A DNA stretch of 64,000 nucleotides from Octopus vulgaris (lineage: Eukaryota), in contig OX597828.1 in the NCBI GenBank assembly GCA_951406725.2, forward strand, positions 70,866,001 to 70,930,000, read 5' to 3'. The notes beneath the pieces are model-generated. The model searched no databases. It worked only from the letters and a program-made list of their open reading frames with translations, and was not told the origin of the DNA. This document shows, piece after piece, positions 1 to 15,945 of this stretch (positions are counted from its first letter, which is position 1; each line of letters starts with the position of its first letter). A program made the translations under genes and the position numbers.

Positions 1-231
1 CAGCCAAAGGATGTAAGGTTGTTTGCGATCAAGAACGGTGAGAAAAGTCTTCGTACAGTTTCTTCCTGGTTCAAAATGGCGCCTGACACTCTCTTTTATC
101 ATTAAATACGACAAAAATATTAACCGTTATCGGACGGTTAAGGTTGGATATATACCTGTACTATGATGGGATAATATCAGAAAATACGACATACGTACAA
201 TAACGATACTGTTTTCTTTATTTTTTTTTTT

Positions 232-702
<471 letters not shown>

Positions 703-825
703 ACATGAATAATAAAGAGATACATGTTTCCCAGAACACATTCCAATTCATCCAATAACCAAGTATTGGTCCCTGAGTGTGCTCAATATGAAATACGAAT
801 TGAATTTGAGCTGTAACAACAACGA

Positions 826-1131
826 GAAGGCGCGTGGCTCAGTGGCTACGGTATTCTGCTCACGATCGTTAAGTTGTGGAGTTCGATTCCCGGCAGCGCA
901 TTGTGTCCTTGAGCAAGACACTTTGTTTCCCCATTGTTCGAGTCCACTCAGCTGGCAAAAGTGAATTGTACCAGTAATTCAAAGGGACCAGCCTTGTCGC
1001 AATTTTGTGTCACGCCGAATCGACCTGAGAACTACATTAAGGGTACACATGTGTCTGTGGAGTTAATTTCACGACGAGGTTGTTCCGTCGATCGGGTCAA
1101 CTGGAACCCTCGTCGTCGTAACCGACGGAGA
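826..1131 (+). mobile_element. tRNA-derived SINE family C
   Basis: Box A tggctcagtgg, box B gagttcgattcc, body ttgtgtccttgagcaagacact, tail ggaaccctcgtcgtcgtaaccgacggag. Confidence 0.8.
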
Positions 1132-2005
1132 GCCGGACCAACAACAAAGGTAATAGTGGCGGCGGCGGCGGTGATGGTGGTGATCGCCGTCGTCGTACGT
1201 GTGCGTTGATGTTGGTGACAATGGTAGTCGATGGTGGCGGTGCTGCTGGCGTGTGTATTGTTGATGACAGCTCCAATTATCAAAATGGTATTGTTGTTCT
1301 TGCTGTCGTATTCGTAGGGTTGGTGTTTGTGTTCTTGATGGTTTTAGTTGTAGTAGTAGTGGTGGTGGTGGTGGTGGTGGTGGTGGTGGCGGTGGCGGTG
1401 GTGGTGGTGGTGGTGGTGGTGGTATTGTTGTCTTTGGAGGATGTTGGCGGTGGCCGTGTTGCTGGGGTGGGGAGGGCATTGATGTTGTCGTCGTTGTATG
1501 GAGCACTCAGCCAATCACAGTTGAAGTCAGACCAAGCTGCGCTCGTTGCTACCACCAAGGTCAGAAGTGTGAAGGGTCGGTGGGTTTGGGGGGGTTGCGG
1601 GTGGATAGCTAGACATTAGTGTGGCGGGGGTGGATGGGTGTGTGGCTGGGGGAGGGGCAGGGCATAAAAAGGTAGTTATTGTAACTGAGACAGAAGGCAG
1701 TAGGGGTTGAGTAAATGTTTATGATAACGGCTGGGTTGCAGTGAAGGTGGTGGTGGTGGGCGGGGAGGTATGTAAACGGGGTGGGAAGAGGGTATGAGGT
1801 ATAGCAGTAAAGTGATTAGTGGCGGAGAGGTGTAACAGATTGGAGAATAAGGAGTGGGAGATCACCTTACCTTGAAGGTTGCTATGGCCACGGAGGTAAA
1901 GTTGGGTGGGTGTAGACACCCTTTATACAGTAATTTCGAAGACAGATTTCAGAAAATGGAATCATTTTAAAGGAATCATGCGTACGCATAGCATTTGTGT
2001 GTATA

Positions 2006-2059
<54 letters not shown>

Positions 2060-2147
2060 CATACATACATACATACATACATACATACATACATACATAC
2101 ATACATACATACATACATACGTATGTATATGTGAGTGTGTATACACT

Positions 2148-2249
<102 letters not shown>

Positions 2250-2525
2250 TAAATATACATACATAAATACATTGGGGCCCTTGGATATATAACACACTGC
2301 CTAAATACCAATCTTGAGAACATAGGCTTCTCAAAATCAGATTGGAGAAAGCTAATTCGAAGACTACAGATCCAATCCATCACTGAAACCGTAAAAATCT
2401 GTAAAACTTTCCAGAAGTTTATCATTCAAATATATATGAGCATGTCTAAATATGCAACCATATGCATGAGAATATATACATAAAACATACAAATCTGGAC
2501 ATACATACATACATACATACATACA

Positions 2526-2559
<34 letters not shown>

Positions 2560-4575
2560 AATACATAAGTACATACATAAGTACATACATGCATAAATAT
2601 CCCGTTGATGTTGTTGAAATTCCAATGAAGGTGCCTTGGATTTAGGGTAGAAACCGGTTCTTTCTCTATTGGCACGAAATCTTGAAAATAAACTGAATAA
2701 TGACATACATACAAATACATTTATTAGGAATTTTTTTCTCCATTGTTATTCAGATTGAATCCTCATGATGAATCTTCTAATATTTATTGCATCTGGTCTA
2801 TTCTCATCGGTCGTTACTGGTCATGTCGGATATCCCAAGACATTGTTACTGTTAGTCGGTTTGTACAGAGATGACGGCTAAACAATCACATGCGATACAA
2901 ATGGTCTCTTGGTGTATATAGTTATATGGGACTTTTCAATGAATATTCAATGAATATTCAAGGAGCGTCATTGAGCACCAACTTAACAATAGTTGACATT
3001 TTAACTTCTAGACTAACACAGGCAATCATATCTGGTCTCCTTGCTTCAGAAAAATGGTCAGGCTTTATGCAGAAATTCTATTAAATCCTGTAAATATTAG
3101 TTGCCAATTTTGGCACAAGGCAACAATTTCTGGGGGTCCAGCACACAGGTGGTACTTATTTTGTTGACCTTGAAAGAATGAAAGGCAAAGTTGACCTCAG
3201 TAGAATTTGAACTCAGAACATGAAGACAGGTGGAATACCGCTAGTCATTTTTCCCGATATACTAACGATTCTGCCAGCTCGCCGTCCTAAAGTCCTGTAA
3301 ATAGTGTTCGCCATCACAGCCTCTGGCTCTCGTCTTCATACCGCTTTTCTCTCACTTCGGATCCAAACACTTGGCTAACATCCAATACACTCTTTTATTG
3401 ACACAGCTATGCATCCGCTTATACTCTAATTTACTGCATTTACGTAAAAAAATTCTTACTACTTTCGTCTTCTTTACCATTGATTCAGTATTTGCTCTTT
3501 GGCTGAGTTTTGGTGATCTTTGCTTTATCAAATTCCTTTTAGTGGTTTGTTCCTGAGCGGCTACAATTAGCGACCGAGTTTTATTTATCGTTTTCTTTCG
3601 GTTATTTACGTTCGAAGTTTAAATTCTGTCGAGGATAACTATGCTTTTCGTCCTTTCGGGGTCGATGAAAATAAAGGGACTTTTCGTGGTTAATACCGAA
3701 AACATTATCATTATTGTCGTCGTCGTCGTCGTCGTCGCCGTCATTATCATCATCACCATCATTATTATTACTATCCCTTTTGGGCCGACAAAGTAAATCG
3801 GTTCCCCACTTCCCTCAAAATTGCTATCCTACCAAAATTATTGTTATTATTAATATTATTATCATTGTTGTTGTTGTTGTTTGCTTTCACAAATTTCTGA
3901 ATATCAATTAGTTTCAATTAAGTTCTTAAATTATTAAGAGGATATCTTAAAGCTGTACCTAAATTTAATTGCTGTTTAATTAAAAAGGAAATTCCTTTTC
4001 AGATAATCAACAAAGTGCTGAACATTATTCAATTAACAAATTCTTCACAGATAAGCCAATATGCCGCTTGTCTTTGATATAACAACACCTACGACAGAGC
4101 AAGTGTGTGTGTGTGTGTGTGTGTATGTCTGTGTGCATGTATATATATAGAGAGAGAAAGGGATATACATATATATATAGAGAGAAAGGGATATACATAT
4201 ATGTACACATATATAAATATATATATCTGCATATATACATATGTACGTATGTGTATGTGTATACATATGTACATGTATGTATGTGTATGTGTACACATAT
4301 GTACAGAAACACATATGAATGTACCTATATATTCACACACACACACACACACATACACATACATACATACATACATACATACATACATACATACATACAT
4401 ACATACATACATACGTTAATACCTTGATAGGTTTCGGCCAGTATTGACCCAGGCCGTGTCTAACTTAATAGCACCACCTGGCAAAGTCATTCAAATCAGG
4501 AATTGGACATGGCCCACTCGACAAAGTACTTTTTTTGTTAATCCTACATATAATGGAAATGTAAACTTTACACAC

Positions 4576-4617
<42 letters not shown>

Positions 4618-4805
4618 TTATACATACATATATAGGTTTCAAAAGTTAAACAGAAGCACAAGGAACAAACAAAAAATTTACGCACAAGATCGTCACAAAA
4701 ATCATTACAATTTCACGCCTCTAACAATAATACTGTTTATTTTCGGTCAACAGCGAAAACCTGACAGGAATAGTGAGCGAACGTTAATGACTGTGTGTAT
4801 ATATG

Positions 4806-4950
<145 letters not shown>

Positions 4951-4953
4951 GAT

Positions 4954-4985
<32 letters not shown>

Positions 4986-5229
4986 TTAGAGAGAGAGAGA
5001 GATGTGTATGCATATATATTTATGTGTGTATGTATCTATGCATGTATTAAGGATACCATTGCTATACTATTAAGAAAATATCTTAACTTTTCAAGCGAAT
5101 CAAATGGCGGAATGGTGTTCGTCTGCATTTTGGATGAAAACACAAAAGTCCTCGAGAGTTCACGATAAAGTTTTGTATTGTGAATTCCCGAGAATTTTGG
5201 TGGTTTCATCAAAAATATAGACGAATACC

Positions 5230-5358
5230 ATGTAATCGGCTTGAAAATTATTATGATGCTAAGATATTTCCTTAACATGAAACTAATAGTTGCCTAAATA
5301 CACAAATGAAGAAGTTTTATCCACCAATGCGGTGTTGAGCACTCATTCGACATTTACG
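5230..5358. repeat. Unclassified dispersed repeat (inverted relatives at 34221-34300 and 53365-53460)
   Basis: Shared ccaatgcggtgt.gagcactc and catgaaac.aat.gt blocks. Confidence 0.6.
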
Positions 5359-5440
5359 TGTGTGTGTGTGTATATATATATACACAATTATGTCCATACA
5401 TTTATAGACATACATACGTACATATATATGTATGTATATG

Positions 5441-5502
<62 letters not shown>

Positions 5503-6692
5503 GTAGATATATATATATATGTATATGTATATGTATAGGTATATGTATATATGTATGTATGTATGTATGTATGTTTGTATGTATGTATGTATGTATGTAT
5601 GTATGTATGTATGCGTATATACATATATATGTGCACATACGTCTCTGCATGCGTGTGTCTATGCGCCATTGGCGCCAAAAGTTACTATGACATGATTTTT
5701 ATGAAAAGGATGAAATATCAAAGTTGACCTCAGTGGAATTCGAACTGAAAGCCCTGATGCAACGAGAAGAGACATCAGTGACACAGTGTCACCGTTAGAC
5801 AAGAATTAATATCGTAAAACCAACAGATTTTGATAAACGGAATTGGGTCAAGTATTTTGTCCTTAATATAGAGAGATATGCTATGTAGCCCGTCTAATCA
5901 CCGTAACGGTAGTGTATATGTGTATGTGTATATATGTATGTGCGTAAGAATGTATGAATGTATATATACGTATATGTGTATGTATGTCTGTAACCATGCC
6001 TAAATGTATATCTATTAATGTGTATATATATATATATATATATGCATAATACATATACATATATACGCAATTCACATATATGCGTATACATACACCTACG
6101 TTATATACATGGATATGAATATGCACATACATACACAGATGTATGTGAAATAAATATGTGTGTATATATACTAACACACACATTCATAAGTATAGATGCA
6201 TTCATAGCCATATACATACACATACATACATATTCATTTATATATATACATATATATATAAACGCAACGCGCATGAACTTACACAGTACAATCTTAGATA
6301 TCTAAGTTATGTGTGTGTGTGTGTATGTATGTATGAATGTATGTATGTATGTGTGTATGTGTGTATGTGTGTGTGTGTATGTGGGATGGTATGTAATCAA
6401 GGGGTACGGTGTCGACGTAGCTCCGTTCCTCTTTCATACATCTACCTCAACCAATCCAACTCGGAGCTTTTAATGTCATTTCATATAATGAGCACTTTTA
6501 ATTAATATTATCGTATTAATAAGGTTTCCGCGTGTGCGTGTGTGTATGCCTGTGTGTGTATGCCTGTATGTGCGTATGTATCGGTGTGTGTGCTTGTCTG
6601 TGTATGTGTTCATATGTATCTTATTTCTTCTCTTTCTCTCCCCCTTCTCTCTCTCTCTTATCACTATATATATATAGGTGCGTGTATGTATA

Positions 6693-6749
<57 letters not shown>

Positions 6750-6919
6750 TTACATATATGTATGTATCTATGTTTGTATGAAATAAGTAACATAAATATA
6801 CTGTGTATATATATGTGTGTGTGTGTGTGTATGTTTGTATATATATGTATATATATATGTATATATACATATATATATGTATATATGTATATACACATAC
6901 GCACCCACCCTAGAATACC

Positions 6920-6967
<48 letters not shown>

Positions 6968-7015
6968 CGTGAAGGATACATTTTAGAATATTACGCTATG
7001 ATATGTATGTGTGTG

Positions 7016-7082
<67 letters not shown>

Positions 7083-7606
7083 GTGTCTGTGGGTGTAATA
7101 AATGATCGAGACGGAAAGTGGAACATACGAAAAACTTTATTGCTCACAACGATCGTTTCGACACATTCCACTTTGACCCTTCGCGGATGGGATGCTGTAC
7201 AACTGGTTGTGGTGTATCTCTCGGCTTAAACATAATCTCACTAACAACATGCATAAATAAAAACCGAGTGAAACAGAGTTTATTTAACGCGATATCCCTT
7301 ATAAGAACACTTGAGGAGATGCATCTACCCCGAGGGATGCACTGCAACCAAATGTGCAGCATCCCAAACGCGAGGGATCGATGCAGGGTGCGTTGAAACG
7401 AACGATGTGAGCAATGAATTTTCTCGTGTATTCCATTTTCCGTCTCTATCATTTGTTATACACTCAACGTACACTAAGTAATTCCCGAGGTAGATCGAGC
7501 GACAACGATGTAAATACCGTCGATGACATCAGGTAGCCATAAGCAGTGAACGTGCTTTGTTGGCTTACTACAAGGCACATACCCAACACTTAAATGTGTG
7601 TGTATG

Positions 7607-7660
<54 letters not shown>

Positions 7661-7663
<3 letters not shown>

Positions 7664-7752
7664 TTCTTCCCTTCTTTCCTGAGCGTCCAATAATACTTTA
7701 TTTGTTCCACATCCTTGCGTTGTTGTTTTTTGTTTTCTTGTTTGGATTAACT
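7661..7752 (+). mobile_element. 3' half of the ~190-bp element (no hammerhead)
   Basis: Near-identical to about 54135-54231 and embedded in (TA)n on both sides. Confidence 0.7.
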
Positions 7753-7777
7753 TTATATATATATATATATATATATT

Positions 7778-7861
<84 letters not shown>

Positions 7862-7870
7862 CATACATAC

Positions 7871-8061
<191 letters not shown>

Positions 8062-8364
8062 CCATGTATACATACAAATATATACATTTGGGCATATGTA
8101 TCTATATCTCTATATATAAAGTTCGTCTGTCCCTTTTAAATGTTAGTGTTTTGCTGTCTGCCTTGAAACAGACCTTTCCGTTGTTACTGCCTGATATTTA
8201 TGATTGATCTTTCTAAATATTTTATTTCTCAAATTACTCAAGATCTTTTGTTGTTTATAAATGGGAGAGAGAGAGATAAAGATAGAGTAAGAGAAAGCGA
8301 GGGAGAGTCAGAGAGAAAGGAAGAGTAAGAGAGTGGGGAAAGCGAGAGAGAAACAAAGAGGGAG

Positions 8365-8365
<1 letters not shown>

Positions 8366-8409
<44 letters not shown>

Positions 8410-8700
8410 TTAACGTCCGTTTTCCGAGCTAGCACGGGTTGGACAGTTTGACCGGGGTCTGGGAAGCCAGGAGGCTGCACCAGGCTCCAGTCTGATCTGG
8501 CAGTGTTTCTACAGGTGGATGCCCTCCTAACGCCAACCACTCTGTGAGCGTAGTGGGTGCTTTTATCGTGCCGCCGGCACAGGTACCAGGGGGGCTGGCA
8601 GCGGCCACGATCGGCTGGTGCTTTTTACGTGCCACCGGTACAGAAGCCAGTCAAGGCGGCGCTGCAATCGGCCACGTTCGGATGGTGCTTTTTACGTGCT
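8366..8700 (-). mobile_element. RTE-type retroposon 3' end with (GAT)n tail (partial copy also at 63391-63475)
   Basis: Minus strand ends ...ccaacccgtgctagc..ggaaaacggacgttaaa(tga)n. Confidence 0.6.
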
Positions 8701-8766
8701 GAAAGGAAGCAACAGAAAGTAACAACCACACTCTTACCCGCGCGTAGAGCGGGTCACCTTCAGCTA

Positions 8767-8806
<40 letters not shown>

Positions 8807-9307
8807 TTCATTCAAAATCTGTTGTGTTTTTTCTTCTCTGAAATCGCCTCTAAATCTCACGTGATTTCATAGAAGTAAATAAATTGTTGTTAAAACTGGC
8901 TGTAGAAGAGTCTCTTCTTCGCCATCTTAACTGAACGCTTCCGGTTCCGGTTAACTCCCTAAGGCATTCGTTAGACAAGGTCGCGTTACCTGTATGCAAT
9001 CCATCCTGAATCCAATCGCTGCGTCAATTTGTTTCAAATGCGTTCCCGCACCATTTGTACAAGACTGCCACTGATTGAAACGTTTCATTTTCTATGTTAT
9101 TATTTTAGTGTGGTTGTTATTGATGATCAACGCCATTTGCTGGGTTGTGAGCTGCGTTTATGATGACCACACTAATATTTATATAAGCTTCTGTATTTTT
9201 ATTAAACCTGATGATTTACATTTATACAACAGTTGAATAAATAAAAAAAAAAGCATTCAAGAAATATCAAACGGAATAAGTGCAAGTTTTCACTGCGTTA
9301 TACATAT

Positions 9308-9470
9308 AGGCGCAGGAGTGGCTGTGTGGTAAGTAGCTTTCTAACCAACCACATGGTTCCGAGTTCAGTCCCACTGTGTGGCACCTTGGGCAAGTGTCTT
9401 CTGCTATAGCCCCGGGCCGACCAATGCCTTGTGAGTGGATTTGGTAGACGGAAACTGAAAGAAGCCTGTC

Positions 9471-9536
<66 letters not shown>

Positions 9537-9742
9537 TTGTGTGTCTGTGTTTGTCCCCCTAGCATTGCTTGACAACCGGTGCTGGTGTGTTTACGTCCCC
9601 GTCACTTAGCGGTTCGGCAAAAAAGACCGATAGAATAAGTACTGGGCTTACAAAGAATAAGTCTCGGGGTCGATTTGCTCGACTAAAGGTGGTGCTCCAG
9701 CATGGCCGCAGTCAAATGACTGAAACAAGTAAAAGAAAAGAG
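9308..9742 (+). mobile_element. tRNA-derived SINE family A, full length, with internal (TA)/(TG) microsatellite
   Basis: Box A (gtggctgtgtggt) and box B (gagttcagtccc), body cttgggcaagtgtcttct, tail ...ccagcatggccgcagtcaaatgactgaaacaagtaaaag. Confidence 0.85.
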
Positions 9743-10699
9743 ATACGTTAGTTTACGAAGACAGTTCATAATTAGTACGTAGAAATTGGATATAACGAAT
9801 TGAAATGCCTTATCACAGAAACTGGCTAATATTGCTTCGAGAAGTATCTCGGGTCATTTTAGACAGAAGTAGAAGAAAAGAGACAAAAAAAGCCTGTTAC
9901 GACATTGAATAACGGTTTTGTGTAGCGCCATCGACCATACTGCAAGGAGACGTAGAAGAGGATGAGAAAGACCCTCTCACGGGGCAGAACAACAAGGCTC
10001 CATGTTGACTACTGGGTGACTCTGTATGGGGTAAAATTCGCCACCTTTTGATAAGCAAACCGAAGTTTTTCGGGAAAGTTCGAACAAATTATTTGGTAGA
10101 AAGTTTCCAGTTCATTTGCTGACCAACCGACCGATCTAATTTGGTCGAGTGATGTTTCGCGTAGTCGTTAATGTTTTCTTTTTTTATAATACAATTAGTT
10201 ATTCAGCGGTAACATTGCCTTTATGGCAGTGTGGTAGGCTGTGGTCCCAAGTTGGAGAACCTGACTGCGACGGTTCAAAACTCAACAGGAATTTCGCTAC
10301 ATGATCTTCCTTAACAAGAATGGATACGTTTTCGTTTCTTTTTCTTATTTCAAACCCTTAATGTCACGTGTATGTTTAATTTCTTCACAGCATCTTCAAT
10401 GTTTTCCATTGCTTTCAGACAGTAATTCTTCCCAGAATTTTATCTGTAATCAACCAACTTAAAACTCTTTGAATGTTACAATGTGTCTTGAAAACGGAAA
10501 TAATTCCCTGACCTATGGGCAACAAATAGGCTGTAGTAATGAACACTTCAGTAGATACTCATGTTTGGATTAAATCTATCTTAAAAAGATAACCACACTA
10601 AATTCGGAGACGCCCTCCGTTGATTTTTGCGAGCTTTTTTTTTTTTTTTTTATATATATACGGTTTTATTTCAAACTAGTCTTGAGATTACTGAAGCGT

Positions 10700-11260
10700 A
10701 AGAAACTACAAAAAAAGAAGAGGCCAACAAAATCGAAAGATATCAAGCTTAAAGGATTGAATATCATAAGCCGGAGGGAAGCAAGATGGCGGTTATGAGT
10801 TCCAAAATGCAGCAGTTCGAGGATAGAAGCTATTAGCATTAAAAGACTTAAGACTAACAGGAAGCGCAACAGAAAAAAATGATTCACTTAGAAAGAGACA
10901 AGAGTGAAAGGTTTAAAAGACTTGAAAAAGAAAAGGAAGTTACGAGATGAGAAAGTTCATCAGATTAATGGCCATAGAAATACTTAGAGGAAAAAAACAC
11001 AATGAAGATATACTTTGGTGATGAGCCAAAGACTTCGACCGAGCAGAAAGAAGAGGGGAGGGGGGCACCGTGTTCCCAACTCGATTTTAAATTCGATCAA
11101 CGAAGTTAAGACGCTCATAAAAGGCACCAAGCCAGAGATCATAAATAGATTTCAAGTCCCCAGGGATATTTGCACCAAACAGCATCGTAAGACGATCTTT
11201 TCTGCTTTGGTGCCTTTGTTTCTTTCTTTGAGATAAAAGTCTTAAAGAGTAACCACTTCC
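10700..11260 (-). mobile_element. Jockey/CR1-group LINE ORF2 C-terminal relic
   Basis: Minus strand gives WLGA...VDRI*NR...SLAHHQSISSL..KYFYGH*SDELSHLV and NSFYPRTAAFWNS*PPSCFPPAYDIQSFK. Confidence 0.65.
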
Positions 11261-11332
11261 CTTTATAGGCCGTGTATAAGTATCTATTAGATAAACTATA
11301 TTTAGTCGTTGTTTACCTCCTGGTGTGTAGAA

Positions 11333-11407
<75 letters not shown>

Positions 11408-11517
11408 ATAATAATAATGTTCAATCGTGCTGGGCCACTGTCAGTGAAGGTAGAACGCAAGAACTTCAAGAAACGTGCATTCAACGAGCGAAATGCGCAC
11501 ACACACAAACACACATA

Positions 11518-11597
<80 letters not shown>

Positions 11598-11677
11598 CAT
11601 ACATACATATAGACAAATGCACCGGTTGTTTGGTAACGGAATTAATTGTAATTGCTACATAATTAACTCTAGAATAG

Positions 11678-11747
<70 letters not shown>

Positions 11748-12479
11748 GATGGTGGTGGTGGTGGTGGTGGTGGTGGTGGTGACGATGATGAGGATGATGA
11801 TGCATGTGCAGTGACGATGACGATTTTGACCAGGTGAAGGAAGACTCGGACAGTGGTTTGTTTTGGTGAAAAGCAGTCCCCATCCACCCCCACACCCCAC
11901 ACCCAGCCCATAGCCTCAATAAAATAAAATTCCATTAATGCCACGATTCTGTCTTAACGGCCAAATATTCACAATTCTTTAAAGTCAGTCCAGTCCCATT
12001 TGAACTAAAAATAAATAAATAAAATGATCTAAGGGGAAATAACTCAAAGAGACCAAATGACACGAAGACAAAGATATTTTTTAAGAGGCGATGTACTAAA
12101 TGATGTGTATAAAAATAAATATCTTAATTAATTGGCTGAAGAAAGAAAGCTAAAGCCTAACGGACATCCACCACTGGGTGTCTATCACCGAAAAGCCTAA
12201 CCCAGCGAAACCATGTTTTCTGACAGAATCGCACGGCCATCTGTCAATGATATAAATACGAGTGCCTTTATGCACCATGTGTCCATATGAGAGGTCCTCT
12301 CAAGGTAATCAAAACAGGATTCTGTGATCTAACACAACATCCAACTTAAGCTGGAGATAAAGATGGGCTTTTGGTATCGATACCGCTTCTGTCACCACTA
12401 ATTATATACACTCTTAAGATATTGATACACCATCAGCTGCTCGACAAAGTTTGGTTTCTAAGACTGGTTTTGTTGACCG

Positions 12480-12750
12480 CACAAGGTTACCTGAGCCAAA
12501 GCCGGCTAAAAGAGCATACGTTTGACAATCACGTGACAAACGCGGTCGTTGTCGCTTATGGAGATGTTCCTGAAGAGGCGAGTCTCTCTATATTATGGCA
12601 AACGACATGATTCAGCGGTGTGTTGACCTGAGAGGAGACATTTATTTTAGATTTTCGGAAAAACTGCGAGTCATCGGATCGACTAAGATTTCATCATCGT
12701 TTTACAGTTCTTTCATACTCAATATCAAACCAACTTTTATCAAATACGTA
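12480..12750 (+). mobile_element. Decayed mariner transposase C-terminal remnant
   Basis: F....V....DVPEE...W and IQRCVDLRGD.YF resemble the mariner terminal RWxKCIxxxGDYF motif. Confidence 0.4.
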
Positions 12751-12755
12751 TGTGT

Positions 12756-12814
<59 letters not shown>

Positions 12815-13123
12815 TGTGTTTGTCTCTCTCTGTGCGTGTGTGTGTATGTGTGGATGCATAAATGTATACATACATATATACAAATATGTTTTCACCTGTT
12901 TTAATCATTAGACTGCGGCCAAGCTGGAGCACCATCTTGAGGAGTACTTTTCTCAAGCCTGACGCTTATTTTATTGATGCCAATTACTGAACCGCTCAGT
13001 TACGGGGACATAAACACCACCAACACTCGTCAGGCGATGGTGGAGCACACGTACAGACATACATACACATACATATATGTGCGTGAGTGTGTGTGCATAT
13101 ATACATATATATATATATATATA

Positions 13124-13589
<466 letters not shown>

Positions 13590-13999
13590 GCCGGTCTCAA
13601 TACAGTGGTGGTCAACAGAACCTTAGTCTAAGGCTGCAATCGTAAGAAGAAGAAAAAAACGTGCCATGGTCAATTATAGCAGAAATAAATATATTTGTCT
13701 CCTGTTACAGTGAAACTAGATATTCTGAAAGTAATCTCAGGCGTAACTCGCCGAGGATTCCATTACAAATACACCGAATGAACTGTGTCGTAGCATTCCT
13801 AGTCGTCATGAATCTCAGAGCTAGCTTCATTAGTTTCGCATTCAACGCTGAAAGGAAAAAATCGCACGGCTGTCTGTGGGAGAATTGCCTGGCGTGTTAC
13901 TTTGCAGATGACCCCGACTTAATATTAAGTGCGTTTATTATGATAAATCTGTTTATGAAATTTTTGCTTAATTTTCGCTTAATATTACTTTTCAATTAA

Positions 14000-14310
14000 A
14001 AGGCGCGAACTGGTAGAATCGTTAGCACGCCAAGCAAAACGCTTAGCGGCTTTTCGTCCGCCTTTATGTTCTGAGTTCGAGTTCCACCGAGGTTGATTAT
14101 GACTTTCATCCCTTTTCGGGTTCGATAAAATAAGTACCGGTCGAGCACTAGGGTAGTATATATTTCTTTACTGCCCACAAGGGGCTAAACACAGAGGGAA
14201 CAAACAAGGACAGACAAACGGATTAAGTCGATTACATCGACCCCAGTGCGTAACTGGTACTTATTTAAACGACCCCGAAAGGATGAAAGGCAAAGTCGAC
14301 TTCGGCGGCC
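14000..14310. mobile_element. Tail-to-tail SINE family B pair (+ 14000-14155; - 14162-14310)
   Basis: Both share the tttcatcc.tttcggg.tcg central domain in opposite orientation. Confidence 0.75.
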
Positions 14311-15054
14311 TCTCCACCGAAATCACTTGCCATGTGTCAAAAATATGAAACCAAAATTATATTTCAATAGAGCAGGGGATTACTACCTTTAAGTTCAATA
14401 TGGCTGAATGGTTAAGGTCTTCACTTCGCAGCCATAAAGCTTCGCGTTCGATCCCATTTCATGTAACATCTTGAAGGAAATGTTATTTTATACATTCCCA
14501 AGTCAATCCGTATATTGTGAACGAAACCGGGCGGACGGGTGGACAGTACCAGTAATTCGACTCCACTACTTGACTGATAGTTTATTTCATCAAACCCGGA
14601 GATATGAAAGACAAAATTGACCTCGCTGAGATTTGATCCCAGAGTATAAAGTGGCCAAAAAAGACCACATTTTCCGACGCTCTAACGATTGCGCTTTTCA
14701 CCGGTTTGATTTTTTTTTTTTTTCAATTTAAGCACAAAGCTAAAATATTTTTAGGGGAAAGCTGGCCCATACCATCGGCCCCAGTATTTTGACGGTTTCT
14801 TCATTTTGCTGATCCCGTCCGTGGGTGAATGTAAAGCAAAATTGACATGAGAGAGATTTGAATCCAGAACGTAAAAAGTCGCTGAAATTATACCGGAAAG
14901 GGTGGGGAATATTACCTTTCTTTTCCTGTTTTTTTGCTGAGACTGTCACTTGTTATTTTGTATCCAAAGAAAATGCAGAGCCAAGCAAAATCACACATAG
15001 AATCAGTTAGGAACGGAAGTGCAGATTCTACGAGATGCAGCGCTATGGAGCCGA

Positions 15055-15338
<284 letters not shown>

Positions 15339-15427
15339 CAAAATATATTTGCAAAATATGCTGGCCATTTGATAAAATTTTTTCTCGAAAACAAATTTAT
15401 CCTACATTAGTTATATATATATATATA

Positions 15428-15858
15428 TTAAAATTAATGAAAAGACATATTAAGTATGTCTACCTGCTGAAAATAACAGTCAAAACTCTTATTTAAATTG
15501 CCAAAATACACTGAAAATAACTACAGAAATCAACCGACCGAAGGCAAACGAGCTAAGACAATCTCACAGCATACATTCAAGTATTTGGACTCACATGGAC
15601 CGGTTTCTGGACTGGCAAAACAGCCTCACCTTCCTCAGCACGCATTGCCATGATAGAGAGCCCCAACCCGTCATGTTGGAGTCTATGCTGCAACTGATTC
15701 GTTTTGCACCGAATCATGGCAACCACCAGTGTGAAAATAATTTCAATACGGAGCAAAAATAAATCACAAGAAAATAATTTGCGAAGATATCATTAGATAA
15801 TAACAGAGTCGATAATTTCGCAAATTATTTTTTCGTGAATTATTTGCTCCATATTGAA

Positions 15859-15945
<87 letters not shown>

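Noticed and set aside
826-900. tRNA-like heads with box A/B (also 18816, 38152, 9308, 47616)
   Set aside because: They continue into SINE bodies and lack full cloverleaf pairing, so they are not tRNA genes.
2615-2665. CCAATGA...GAAACCGGTT hammerhead-like layout
   Set aside because: The core reads CCAA instead of CTGA and stem I is unconvincing; at best a dead relic.
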